Part shown: piece by piece, positions 21,259 to 30,678 of the stretch
Layout of the letters: each line of letters starts with the position of its first letter
How positions within the stretch are numbered: position 1 is the stretch's first letter
Origin: Longimicrobiales bacterium
GTDB lineage: Bacteria; Gemmatimonadota; Gemmatimonadetes; Longimicrobiales; Gaopeijiaceae
Assembly: GCA_963664435.2 (NCBI GenBank)
Contig: CAXXKM010000001.1
Location: forward strand, 320,001 to 384,000
Direction: 5' to 3'
Length of the DNA stretch: 64,000 bases
Position numbers and translations under genes: made by a program
The notes under the pieces: generated by a model
Database searches by the model: none
Told to the model about the DNA's origin: nothing
The model's input: the letters and a program-made list of their open reading frames with translations, nothing else

Positions 21259-23441
21259 TCAGGAGGATCCGCGGCGACGCCCCAGCCGTGTCCGCCGAGC
21301 TGCGTCCGAAGACGTCTTCCGGGTTGCGGCCTTCTTCGAGGTCGTGGCCTTCTGCGGGGTTGCGGCCTTCTGCGGGTCGTGGCCTTCTTCGGGGTTGCGG
21401 CCTTCTGCGCGGTCGTGTCCTTCGGCGGGGTCGTGTCCTGTTTCGAGGTCGCGGCCTTCTGCGCGGTCATGTCCTTCTTCGAGGTCGCGGCCTTCTGCGC
21501 GGTCATGTCCTTCTTCGAGGTCGCGGCCTTCTTCAAGGTCGCACTCTTCTGCGGGGTCGCGGCCTTCTGCGGGGCCGCGGCCTGCCTAGCGGTCGCACTC
21601 TTCTTCGAGGTCGTGGCCTTCTTAGCGGTCGCCGCCTTCTGCGACGTCACCGCCCCTGGCGCGACCGCACTCTGCTCCGAACCCGCCTCCGTCCTGGAGC
21701 GGCGGCCGAAGTCCTCCAGCCACGCCTCTTTTACCTTGGCCACCCGGTTGGGCGGAAGGACGCCCTCCAGCTTCTCGATGGAGTCGTGCAGCACGTGGAA
21801 GACGCGGTCGCCGAAAACTTCGATGAGACGCTCCGCGGTCTTCGCGCCCACGCCCCGGTAGCGGTTGGCCAGGTAGCGCTGGACCGCGGCGGCATCGGTG
21901 GGCAGCCCGAGACCGCCGGGATCGAACGCGGGTTCGGGCTCGGCGGGCTGTTCGCGCCTGGCGTCCTCCTTCTCGTGCTCGCGGGCCCGCTGGCTCTGAC
22001 GCCACATGCGCAGCCGCGGCGAGCGGGGCGTTCGCCCGCCCTTCTTCGCAGCGGGCGCCGCCGGCTCCGCCGGCTCCGCCGGAGCTGCGCTACCCGTCTG
22101 CGCGGAGGTGGAATCGGCCTCTCCCGCTTCCGCGACCGCTCCCCGCGACGCGGAAGCAGCGGCAGCCGATCCGTCGGGAGCCCCTTGCTTCGGCCCGGCG
22201 GGCGATCTGCTCCCGTCCTCCGATCCGGTGGGCGGAGCCTCAGTCGCCCGGGCACGGTCCGACCGGGGAAGCCGCACGACGAAGTTACCCGCCTCGTTGC
22301 GGCGGATGCGCACGACCTCGTGCTCGTGGGCCTGCGTGAGGAACTTGCTGAACTTGCTGAACCCGAGCCCCGCTTCGTCAAAGCTCCGGTCGAGGTCCAG
22401 CATGCGGCGCTTCACATCGGAATCCCGCGTCCAGTTGTTGTCCGGGCTGATGTCCGGCAACGCCCTGCGCAGAAGCGCGTATGCGTCCGCAAGGGGGTCG
22501 GCGCCCTCTGCTCCGTTTCCGGAAACGCCCTCCCGGCGGGGTTCGCTCTCCGGGGACCCGGCCTCGCTGCGCGCCGCAGCCGCGCGCCTGCGCTCCGGAC
22601 CACCGGGACCGCCTGCCCGGGTGCGCGCGCCGGGATGCCGTGGGGCGGAGCTGTCTCGCCGGCGGGCGCCCGCCGGAAGTATCTCGTGCTGGCCGTTCTC
22701 GAGCTTGCGCAGGCGCACGAGCCCGCGGGAGGCCGCCTCCGCGAGAAACTTGCTGAACTTGCTGAACCCGTACTTCGATTCCTCGAAACCCGGGTTCATT
22801 TCCAGCATTACCTGCTTGAGGCGGTCCGAGCGCATCACGTCTCCGCGCTCGATCATCTTCTTCGACGCCTCACTGACCAGACTCCAGGGGTCCACGGACT
22901 TGCCCTTGTCTCCCGCGGACGTCTTCTGAAGTCCGGTGATCGACGAGTACGAGTAGTATTCGTCGCAGTTCTGGACCAGGATATCGGAGCTGGATTCCTG
23001 GATCCCCACCCCGATCACGTACTTCCCGTACTCCTTCAGCTTCAGAACCAGACTGGAAAAGTCACTGTCTCCCGTAAGGAGAATGTAGGTCCCGATTTCC
23101 GGGCGAATGAAGACCAGCTCCATGCCGTCGATCGCCATGCGGATATCGGTGGCGTTCTTCTTCGAACTGCCGTAGGCGGGCGCGAAGATCAGGTCGACCG
23201 ACGCCTCCGAGAGCGGCACGATGTACTGGGGATACCGGCGCCAGTCCGCGTACGCCCGCTGGACGGTGACCTTGCCCTTGATGATGTCGGAGTTGAGGAG
23301 CGTCTTGATCTCTTTGGAAAGATCGCTCCGGATGCCCATCGTCACGTTGTCGAAGTCGATGAGCAGCGCCGCGTTGGGCGCCGAAGACAGGACCGGGCCC
23401 ACCCCTTCGACATGCGGGGCGCGCGTGAAGTGATTGATCAT
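21259..23441 (-). CDS. NYN-domain protein with two LOTUS/OST-HTH domains, an HhH module and a Lys/Ala-rich tail (end given for the repeat-restored frame)
   Basis: [19 protein letters not shown] and TGDSDF (NYN); two GFSKFSKFL motifs (LOTUS); [12 protein letters not shown] (HhH); TGA at 21261-21259 if one base is restored at 21374-21376. Confidence 0.85.
21322..21644. repeat. 18 x 18-bp coding tandem repeat (xKAAT-type hexapeptide); unit 3 is 17 bp
   Basis: Units such as GGTCGCGGCCTTCTGCGC counted by hand; 21358-21374 is one base short. Confidence 0.95.
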
Positions 23442-23555
23442 CTGATGTTCTCTTGCAACCGAAGTTCCGGCCGCCGAGCCTCCCTCTCCGGTCCACCCTC
23501 TCTCCGGCGGCGCACGCCGGGATCGGTTGTGGAGCGGGGCTGGGAAGCCAGTGAC

Positions 23556-25172
23556 CTAGCCGTGCCGGCGCAGGATCTCGGCCCGCAAAAGGCGAGCCAG
23601 TTCTCCGCGTCCGACCTTCCCGGCTGCCGTCGCCGGGAAGTCGTCAAAAAAGTGGATCCGATCAGGCACCTTGTAGGTGGCCAGCGAGGGGCGGCACCAC
23701 GCTCTCAACTCCTCCGCCGAGACCATGGCCCCTTCGATCGTGTGCACGCAGGCGCAGACGGCCTCGCCCAGAAGTTCGTCGGGCAGGCCCACCACCACTA
23801 CATCCCGTACCGCCGGGTGTGTCGCGATTCTGTTCTCGACTTCCCGGGGATACACATCGAATCCAGCCTTAATGATAACATCGCCCTGGCGACCGACCAA
23901 ATGCAGGTAGCCGTCTTCGTCCACGATGCCCATGTCGCCGGTGTGCAGGAAGCGGTCAGCGTCGAAGTGCCGCCGGGTGTTGTCCGGCTGCCGGTAGTAG
24001 CCGCGCATCACGCCCGGGCCGCGAACCCGGAGCTCCCCCAGGCTTTCGACCGGCAGCACGGATCCGTCGCCGTCGCAGACCCGCACCGAGACGTCGGCCA
24101 GCGGCCGTCCCACGGTGAAGCGCTGCTTCTCGGGGGGATCCCCGGCGCGAGTCATGGAGAGGGTGGACCCGGCCTCCGTGAGCGAATACGCCACCTGCAG
24201 GTTCGGACAGAGCTCCTCGCGCACATGGCGCAGGGGGAGATCGCCGATGGGCCCGCCCGTGACGATGCCGGTTCGCAGGCTGGAGAGGTCGCGCGGCATG
24301 CGCCGCTGGGCATGCAGCTCGGTGAGGAAGTGCGTGGGCACACCGTAGTGCACGGTGACGCGGTGCCGTTCGATCAGATCCAGCGCCTCTTCCCCGTCGA
24401 AGCTCTCCTGCAGCACGATCGACGCGCCTGCGCCTGAGGTGCCGAGGATGGCGGGACCGAGCGAAAACGCGTGGAAGATGTCGCTGGCCCCGATGACGCG
24501 GTCGGACGGGGTCACGCCCAGCTCCGCCGCGGTCTGGCGCGCGGGCTGCACCAGGTTGGCGTGGGTCAACTCCACGCCCTTCGGCTTTCCGGTGGTCCCG
24601 GCCGTGTAGAGCAGCGCGAATTGGTCGTCAGCCGCCAGCTCCGGCTGTGGACACTTCTTCCCCCGTCCCGCCGAGACGAGGTCTTCGAATGGATAGATCT
24701 GGTCGTCGTACCAGAGGTCCTCTTCACCAACCGTGATCACGTAGCCCAGTTCCGGCAGCTCTTCCAGCACTTCCTCGGCGAACTGCAGGTAGTCGATGCC
24801 TTCGAAGGTCTCGGGCGTCACCGCGACCGCGGCCTGGGAGTGACGCAGGCGGTAGCGCAGCTCGGGCGGGGGGAGACGGGGATTGAGCGGCACTACGACG
24901 ATCCCGAGTCCGGCCGCCGCGAAGGCCGCCACGATGAACTCGGGACATCCGGGCAGCAGGATCGCGAGGCGGTCGCCCCGCTCGATGCCCAGGCGGTGCA
25001 GGGACGCCGCCAGGTCCCGGGCCTGGCTCTCCACCTGGCCGTAGGTCATCATGCCGCCCTCGAAGAGCAGAAACGGCCGGCCGGGATCGGAGGCCGCGGC
25101 CGCGGCCAGCACGGCGCCGGCTGTGGAGGGTGACGAACCCGGAGAACGGGCGCGGTCGGCGTCGCGGTTCAT
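23556..25172 (-). CDS. Class I adenylate-forming enzyme (acyl-CoA ligase)
   Basis: [38 protein letters not shown]. Confidence 0.92.
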   Translation of the reverse strand: MNRDADRARSPGSSPSTAGAVLAAAAASDPGRPFLLFEGGMMTYGQVESQARDLAASLHRLGIERGDRLAILLPGCPEFIVAAFAAAGLGIVVVPLNPRLPPPELRYRLRHSQAAVAVTPETFEGIDYLQFAEEVLEELPELGYVITVGEEDLWYDDQIYPFEDLVSAGRGKKCPQPELAADDQFALLYTAGTTGKPKGVELTHANLVQPARQTAAELGVTPSDRVIGASDIFHAFSLGPAILGTSGAGASIVLQESFDGEEALDLIERHRVTVHYGVPTHFLTELHAQRRMPRDLSSLRTGIVTGGPIGDLPLRHVREELCPNLQVAYSLTEAGSTLSMTRAGDPPEKQRFTVGRPLADVSVRVCDGDGSVLPVESLGELRVRGPGVMRGYYRQPDNTRRHFDADRFLHTGDMGIVDEDGYLHLVGRQGDVIIKAGFDVYPREVENRIATHPAVRDVVVVGLPDELLGEAVCACVHTIEGAMVSAEELRAWCRPSLATYKVPDRIHFFDDFPATAAGKVGRGELARLLRAEILRRHG

Positions 25173-25195
25173 TCAAAAGATGCGTGTTGGGGGAA

Positions 25196-26314
25196 TCATG
25201 GCGCCTCGCCAAGTACGGCCAGCACCACTTCGTCGGGCAGGGCGTGCGTCCACCCGCCTGTACTGTCCACTCGCCCGATCCGGTCCAGGAGGACGTACGC
25301 GGGAGATCCGGCGCGCGTTTTCTTGTCGGTGGGAGTGCGCGCCAGGACGGCGGCGGCATCGGTGCCCGGGGGCGGGGTTGTGGGCAGGCGGCAACCGTTG
25401 AGCGCCTCGGCCAGGCGGTCGGAGGTGCCCGGCGCGGTGCGCCCGATGCGTTCGCCGGCGCGCGCTTCCAGAATCATGCCGAGGGAGACGGCGGACCCGT
25501 GCGGGAGCGTGTAGCCGGACTCCGCCTCAAGCGCGTGCCCGAGGGTGTGCCCGAAGTTGAGGAGCTTCCTGAGCCCTCCTTCCCGTTCATCCTCGCTGAC
25601 CACGCGGGCCTTGAGTTCCACCGACCGGCGCACCACCGCCTCCATGGCGGCGCCGTCTCCCGCCAGCACCCCCGCGGCGGAGCGAGCGACCTCCTCGAAG
25701 TAATCCTCGTCCAGGATCGCTCCGTGCTTGACCGCCTCGGCGAGCCCCTGGGCGCGCTCCGCCGCAGGCAGGGTGAAGAGGTAGTCGGGATCGGCGACCA
25801 CCACCCGGGGCGGGTGGAAAGCCCCGATCAGGTTCTTGCCGGCGCGCGTGTCCACTCCTGTCTTCCCCCCCACCGAAGCGTCGACCATGGCGACCAGACT
25901 GGTCGGAACCTGCACCACCGGAATGCCCCGCAGCAGGGTCGCGGCCACGAAGCCCGCCAGATCGCCTGTCACCCCGCCCCCGAGCGCGACCACGCAGCCG
26001 TCGCGCCCGAATCCCGCAGCCAGCAGCTCGTCCGAGAGTCGCGACCAGCTCCGCCGGATCTTGTTCTCCTCCCCCGCGGGAAAGGTGAACAGCTCCGCCC
26101 TCGCACCGTGCGCCGCCAGGGCGTCCAACAGGTCGCGTCCGTGCAGCACGGCTACGGTCGCGTCCGCGATCACCGCATAGCGGTGCGCGGGCGCAAACTC
26201 GGCGAGCAGTTCCGGCATCGCATGGCGCAGGCCGCGCGACACGAGCACCGGATATGCCCCGCCCCCCCTCGTGTTCACATGCACGGCGTGGGCTGCGGAC
26301 GCGCGCGAACTCAA
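25196..26314 (-). CDS. aroB: 3-dehydroquinate synthase
   Basis: LGGGVTGDLAGF, VPTSLVAMVDASVGGKTG, LNFGHTLGHALE; TTG overlaps the upstream stop. Confidence 0.93.
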   Translation of the reverse strand: MSSRASAAHAVHVNTRGGGAYPVLVSRGLRHAMPELLAEFAPAHRYAVIADATVAVLHGRDLLDALAAHGARAELFTFPAGEENKIRRSWSRLSDELLAAGFGRDGCVVALGGGVTGDLAGFVAATLLRGIPVVQVPTSLVAMVDASVGGKTGVDTRAGKNLIGAFHPPRVVVADPDYLFTLPAAERAQGLAEAVKHGAILDEDYFEEVARSAAGVLAGDGAAMEAVVRRSVELKARVVSEDEREGGLRKLLNFGHTLGHALEAESGYTLPHGSAVSLGMILEARAGERIGRTAPGTSDRLAEALNGCRLPTTPPPGTDAAAVLARTPTDKKTRAGSPAYVLLDRIGRVDSTGGWTHALPDEVVLAVLGEAP

Positions 26315-27567
26315 GCGCCCCCCACGATGGCCGCCACCGGCGCGGACGGCACGACCCCGACGGTCAGCACCGCCGCGGACCGGCCATCCAGCATATGCGC
26401 CTCGAGCGTAGCGTCGGTCAGCGCCGCGGCCACCGCCTGGCCCCGGGACACGAACGCGTCGCGCGCCGCCTCGTCCTCCCAGACCGACCACCAGACCAGC
26501 CCGCGGCTTTCGTCCTCGCCTTCGACCAGGGCGAACTGGTCGCCCTCCCAGCCGCCGATCGGCTCCCCATCCGCCGCGACCTCCTCGAACAGAATCCCGA
26601 TCTCCGCCAGCCCGAGCGAGTTCGTGTAGATCACCGCGGCATCGCCACCGGTGATGTCGATGTCGACCGGTGCATCCGGTTCCGGCCCGAAGGCCCGATC
26701 CGGTTCCAGCACCTGCTCGGTGGAGTGAGGAAGCAAATCTCCGAAGGGAGGCGGCCGGCCGGGACGCTGCTGCCACAGCACGCGGACGTACTCCGTGCCC
26801 TGCACGTAGGGGAAGATGAGCGACTCGCGCACGAGCCTGGGAGCAGTGCTCAGGACCGGCGATGCACTCGCGGCCCCCGCCAGCGATGGCCCCATCAGAT
26901 CGATGAAGTTCGGAATCGCCACCAGGTCCACCTGAGCCCCCTGCTGCTTCCCGAGCGCGTACTCGAGCATCACGAGGGTGGCGTGGCCCTCGGCCGCCGC
27001 CTGCGCCGCGATCTGGCGGTCGTTGCCGCGCGCGCGCGCGGTCAGCGCGTCGAGGTCGACGGCCTGGTCCTGGGCGGCGTGGACGAGTTCGTGGACCAGC
27101 ACGGTTTCGACGGTCTCTTCGTCCTGGCCGGACCGCACGTAGAGCGCCACCGAGTCGGGATCGTAGAAGCCGGCCACCTGCTCGGTATAGAGCGCCAGGA
27201 AGAGCGCGCCCAGGTCGAGGTCGGAGGGAACCAGCCCGAGCAGCGCGTAGCTGTCCCGGATGCGCTCCACTTCGCCCTCCCGAAACTCCTCGTCGAGCTT
27301 GGAGGTCAGGTACCGCACCAGCTCTTCCTCGCTTCGCCACTCGACGCGCACCGGCTCCGTAAAGCTGAGCCCGGAGCGCTCGCTGATGTCCTGGAGCAGC
27401 CCGTTGGCCATTTCCTGCAGGGCAGCGTCCGACGATACGGCCAGGCCGCTGGTGGGCGATTCCTGGCTGCACGCGATGCTGGGCACGAGGACGACCGGCA
27501 GGAGCGCCCACCACCACCGTGCGGACAGCGCGGCACCGTCGCGCGGACCGTGGATGCCCGGCCTCAT
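26311..27567 (-). CDS. Putative lipoprotein with HExxH zinc-metalloprotease motif
   Basis: Lipobox-like SIAC; VAGFYDP, LVHELVHAAQDQ, AEGHAT, FPYVQG. Confidence 0.75.
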   Translation of the reverse strand: MRPGIHGPRDGAALSARWWWALLPVVLVPSIACSQESPTSGLAVSSDAALQEMANGLLQDISERSGLSFTEPVRVEWRSEEELVRYLTSKLDEEFREGEVERIRDSYALLGLVPSDLDLGALFLALYTEQVAGFYDPDSVALYVRSGQDEETVETVLVHELVHAAQDQAVDLDALTARARGNDRQIAAQAAAEGHATLVMLEYALGKQQGAQVDLVAIPNFIDLMGPSLAGAASASPVLSTAPRLVRESLIFPYVQGTEYVRVLWQQRPGRPPPFGDLLPHSTEQVLEPDRAFGPEPDAPVDIDITGGDAAVIYTNSLGLAEIGILFEEVAADGEPIGGWEGDQFALVEGEDESRGLVWWSVWEDEAARDAFVSRGQAVAAALTDATLEAHMLDGRSAAVLTVGVVPSAPVAAIVGGA

Positions 27568-27956
27568 CCCTGCCGCCCGGAACTCCCGGCGCGCCCGGAG
27601 TTCCCTGCACGCCCGTAACGATCCTCGAGGCGGACCACGTCGTCCAGTTCGGGCGTCGACGCCTCCAGGATATCCACGTCCGTCACCGCCTCCATGCGGT
27701 GCACGGTTCCCGGAACGATGCGCACCGCATCCCCTTCCCTCATCATCCGCTCCTCCAGTTCATCCGCCGAGGAGCCGAGCCACAGATGCATCGACCCGGC
27801 CAGCACGTACAGGGTCTCATCCTTCTCGCGGTGGTACTGCAGCGAAAGCGCCTCGCCGGCGTTCACATGAAGGATCTTGCCTGCGTAGCGTCCGGTGTGC
27901 GCCCAGATGAGCTCGTAGCCCCAGGGCTTGTCGACCCGGACGGAGTGTGTCTTCAT
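27564..27956 (-). CDS. Cupin-domain protein (mannose-6-phosphate isomerase C-terminal-like)
   Basis: KPWGYE, LSLQYHREKDET, PGTVHRM, VRLEDRYGR; GGAG RBS. Confidence 0.88.
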   Translation of the reverse strand: MKTHSVRVDKPWGYELIWAHTGRYAGKILHVNAGEALSLQYHREKDETLYVLAGSMHLWLGSSADELEERMMREGDAVRIVPGTVHRMEAVTDVDILEASTPELDDVVRLEDRYGRAGNSGRAGSSGRQG

Positions 27957-28047
27957 CTCCAGGACTCCGCCAGTTGCCTTATCGCAGGGGAATCTATCAC
28001 CCCGAGCAAGTGCGAGGGCACCGGCTCCCGTCGGGAACCGCCCATGC

Positions 28048-28085
28048 AACAAACGCGCCCGCCACCCCTGCGGGCGGCGGGCGCG
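28048..28085 (-). terminator. Intrinsic terminator ending the TBDR-PorV operon
   Basis: 10-bp stem CGCGCCCGCC/GGCGGGCGCG followed on the minus strand by TTTGTT. Confidence 0.75.
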
Positions 28086-28112
28086 GACTGCTGCGACATG
28101 CCGGCGCCGACC

Positions 28113-29882
28113 TCAGCCTCCGAAGAACTCCTTGAACTTGTTCTTGTAGTCGTCGCTCTGCTGCACCCACATCTCGGTGATCGACGTGATGCCGTCCGGC
28201 TCAAGCACGACCAGATAGTGGGTGAACGACGCGAAATCGCCGACCTGCCCCGCCTCCAGCCGGTCCGCCCCGTTTCCGCGGGCATCCAGCGTGATCGTGT
28301 TGCCCCGGGACGAAGTGCCGACGCCCGTAGCCGAGACAGCGGCAAGATAGCTCTGGTAGTGCATGCCCGGAGGTGGCGCCGGCAGCCTGTTGAGTTCCAC
28401 CAGCAGCGAACCTTCGTAGAAGGACCCCGAACCCGAGCCACCACCGAAGAAGGGCTCTATTTCCCCGCCCGAACCCAGGTGGCCGAAGGTCATGGCCCCC
28501 TGCTGCATGAGGTTGTCGGACGTCAGGTATTCCTGGAAGAGGAACGGCCCCCCGGTCGGAGCGCTCGCCTGCCCCGATTCCGCACTCACGGCAACATGCG
28601 TGAACCCGGCGAAGTCCTGGTCCATCGACACTTCCAGCTTCGCGTGGTACACATCCTCCGAGGATGATGGCGAGAAGATCGAACCCATCATCATCATGTC
28701 CATGTCCATCGCAGGATAGATCGTGGCGTCAGCGGCGGAGTAGGATCCCGACCCGGCGTCGTACAGCCAGAGCTGGTACGAACCACCGGAGAGGGGCGAC
28801 AAGCCGCTCAGCGTGACGTCGATCTGGCCGGGTGCGGCGAAAGAGTTGGCACCCCCGGAAAGCTCCGGTGCGTTCGGGACCACATCAGCCGGGAAGGGCG
28901 CCATCGCGTTGTTGATGACGTTTCCGTCGGCATCGATGTCCGGACCCAGCTGCATGCGGACGGTCGGGGGACCTGCGGGCAGGGCGTCCTCGCCAGGCGG
29001 CCCCTCGTAGAGGAGCAGATAGTTGTACTGCCCGGGCGCGACGGTGGCGCCCACCTCGTTCGAGCCGAACGGAGTGTTGGCCGCGGTGAACTCGGCGGCC
29101 GTAGTGGCCTCCGCACCTGCCGCCGGTACCGGCCAGAGGTCCCCGGGAGTGGCCCTGACGATGCAGTCGACGGTTCCGTTGCCGTCGGCGTCGGTCTCGA
29201 TGATCCCGAGCGCTACCGGATTGACCGGCGCGCCTACGCCGGTGATCGAGCTGTAGTTGCACGTGACGCCCGAATAGACGAGTTCCCGCCCGGGGAGGAA
29301 GGACAATTCGTCGGGAGCGTCCACCGGAACTCCCGTCAGAATCTGGTTGTGGTCCAGTTCACCGTTGACCTGAAGCGCCATGCGCGCCAGGACGACCGTA
29401 TAGACGGTGGAAGGCTCAAGACCCGTGACCACGCCCCACATGTCCCAATCGCCCGGCGCAAAGGCCGGGTTGGTGGAAATCGAAATGAGTTCATACATGC
29501 CGAAGTGACTGCCGACCTCGGCCGAACTCTCCCTCAGGGCGGGGAGCCGCGGATCCTGTGAGGAGTTGCGAACCGAAGGACCCATGTCCACGGCGGGGGC
29601 TGTGAACTGACCATTGTTCACGTCGCGGAACAGCCCTCCCGCCCCCGTCCCCCGGTCAAACCCGTCCGGAACCGAGAAATCGAACCCGGACACGACCGCC
29701 TTCGAGAGCTCTACCGAGCCGGAGGGGTACACCGCATCCCCCGGCGCGATCGCCATCTTGAGAATGGGCCGGTCCGCGGTAAGGTCGGTGATGTTGTCGG
29801 TTTCGCAGGCGGCGAGGAGAAGCGCGCCGCAGAGGGCGACACCCACCGCGTGCAGCCGAATTCGCTTGCGTACTGGAATCAT
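28113..29882 (-). CDS. Large acidic lipoprotein of unknown function
   Basis: Basic N-terminus, hydrophobic core and LAAC lipobox; beta-rich; DxDxxG loops. Confidence 0.8.
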   Translation of the reverse strand: MIPVRKRIRLHAVGVALCGALLLAACETDNITDLTADRPILKMAIAPGDAVYPSGSVELSKAVVSGFDFSVPDGFDRGTGAGGLFRDVNNGQFTAPAVDMGPSVRNSSQDPRLPALRESSAEVGSHFGMYELISISTNPAFAPGDWDMWGVVTGLEPSTVYTVVLARMALQVNGELDHNQILTGVPVDAPDELSFLPGRELVYSGVTCNYSSITGVGAPVNPVALGIIETDADGNGTVDCIVRATPGDLWPVPAAGAEATTAAEFTAANTPFGSNEVGATVAPGQYNYLLLYEGPPGEDALPAGPPTVRMQLGPDIDADGNVINNAMAPFPADVVPNAPELSGGANSFAAPGQIDVTLSGLSPLSGGSYQLWLYDAGSGSYSAADATIYPAMDMDMMMMGSIFSPSSSEDVYHAKLEVSMDQDFAGFTHVAVSAESGQASAPTGGPFLFQEYLTSDNLMQQGAMTFGHLGSGGEIEPFFGGGSGSGSFYEGSLLVELNRLPAPPPGMHYQSYLAAVSATGVGTSSRGNTITLDARGNGADRLEAGQVGDFASFTHYLVVLEPDGITSITEMWVQQSDDYKNKFKEFFGG

Positions 29883-29902
29883 TCTGGATCGCCTCCTGCC
29901 CG

Positions 29903-30610
29903 CTAGCGGTTGAGTCCGGGGACGTATGTCAACCCGATCGACAGGCGGATGTTGTGGATCATGTCCTGCTTGTCCGGGATGTCGGTTCGCTCGGCATCGG
30001 GGAACCGACAGGTCCCGTCGCTGCCGCAGTTACGCAGTCTTTCGTCCACCGGGTTCAGGACGTCGCGGTCGAAGTCCCTGTAGATGACGTCACGCACGTC
30101 GACCTGGATACCGGCGGCTTCGGTGACGGCGTAGCGCACGCCCGCGCCTCCCTGGACCATCTGATGGGTCACGCGCCGGAAGTCGTCGTTCGCCTGCGTA
30201 TCCAGGTACAGCGTGGCTCCACCCGCGCCGACGACGACATATGGGTCCAGGGAGCTTCCGGGCATGACGCTGATGTGCGCGTTGAAGCCGTAGTGGAGCG
30301 CGCTCAGCGTCTGGCCGACCTCGTAGATGCGCGTGCTGTCGGCGCCGAAGTCGATGGCGGCCACATAGAAGCTTCCGTCGGTATCGGCGCGGTGAAACTG
30401 GATCGCAGGCCCCAGCGCGATGCGCGGCGTGAGCTGATACAACGCCTCCAGGGCAAGCATGGGGCTGTTCATGAGGGAACTCGACGGGGCGTACATCTGA
30501 GTTCCCGCGGACACTTCTACGCTCCAGGCACCCTGCTCGGACTGGGCATGCACGGCCGAGGGCAGCGCCATCACCAGCCCGGCCAGCGCCAACCGGTTCA
30601 GTACTCTCAT
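29903..30610 (-). CDS. Small outer-membrane beta-barrel protein
   Basis: Signal peptide ending VHA/Q; PYVVVGAGG and GAGVRY strands typical of 8-stranded OMPs. Confidence 0.8.
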   Translation of the reverse strand: MRVLNRLALAGLVMALPSAVHAQSEQGAWSVEVSAGTQMYAPSSSLMNSPMLALEALYQLTPRIALGPAIQFHRADTDGSFYVAAIDFGADSTRIYEVGQTLSALHYGFNAHISVMPGSSLDPYVVVGAGGATLYLDTQANDDFRRVTHQMVQGGAGVRYAVTEAAGIQVDVRDVIYRDFDRDVLNPVDERLRNCGSDGTCRFPDAERTDIPDKQDMIHNIRLSIGLTYVPGLNR

Positions 30611-30678
30611 CAGTCTATTTCCTCCCGTTTTTCCACGGGGTCGCGCGGCCAGGTCTCCCTTTCCGACACCGAGCCGCA

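Noticed and set aside
21322..21644. Repeat array as CRISPR
   Set aside because: Contiguous degenerate 18-bp coding units with no spacers, and no cas genes
20652..24437. 1261-aa plus-strand ORF and similar long ORFs (3575-5947, 33545-35812, 40411-43188, 46384-48204, 53113-55095)
   Set aside because: Shadow frames of well-supported genes in high-GC DNA; Arg/Gly/Pro-rich with no motifs
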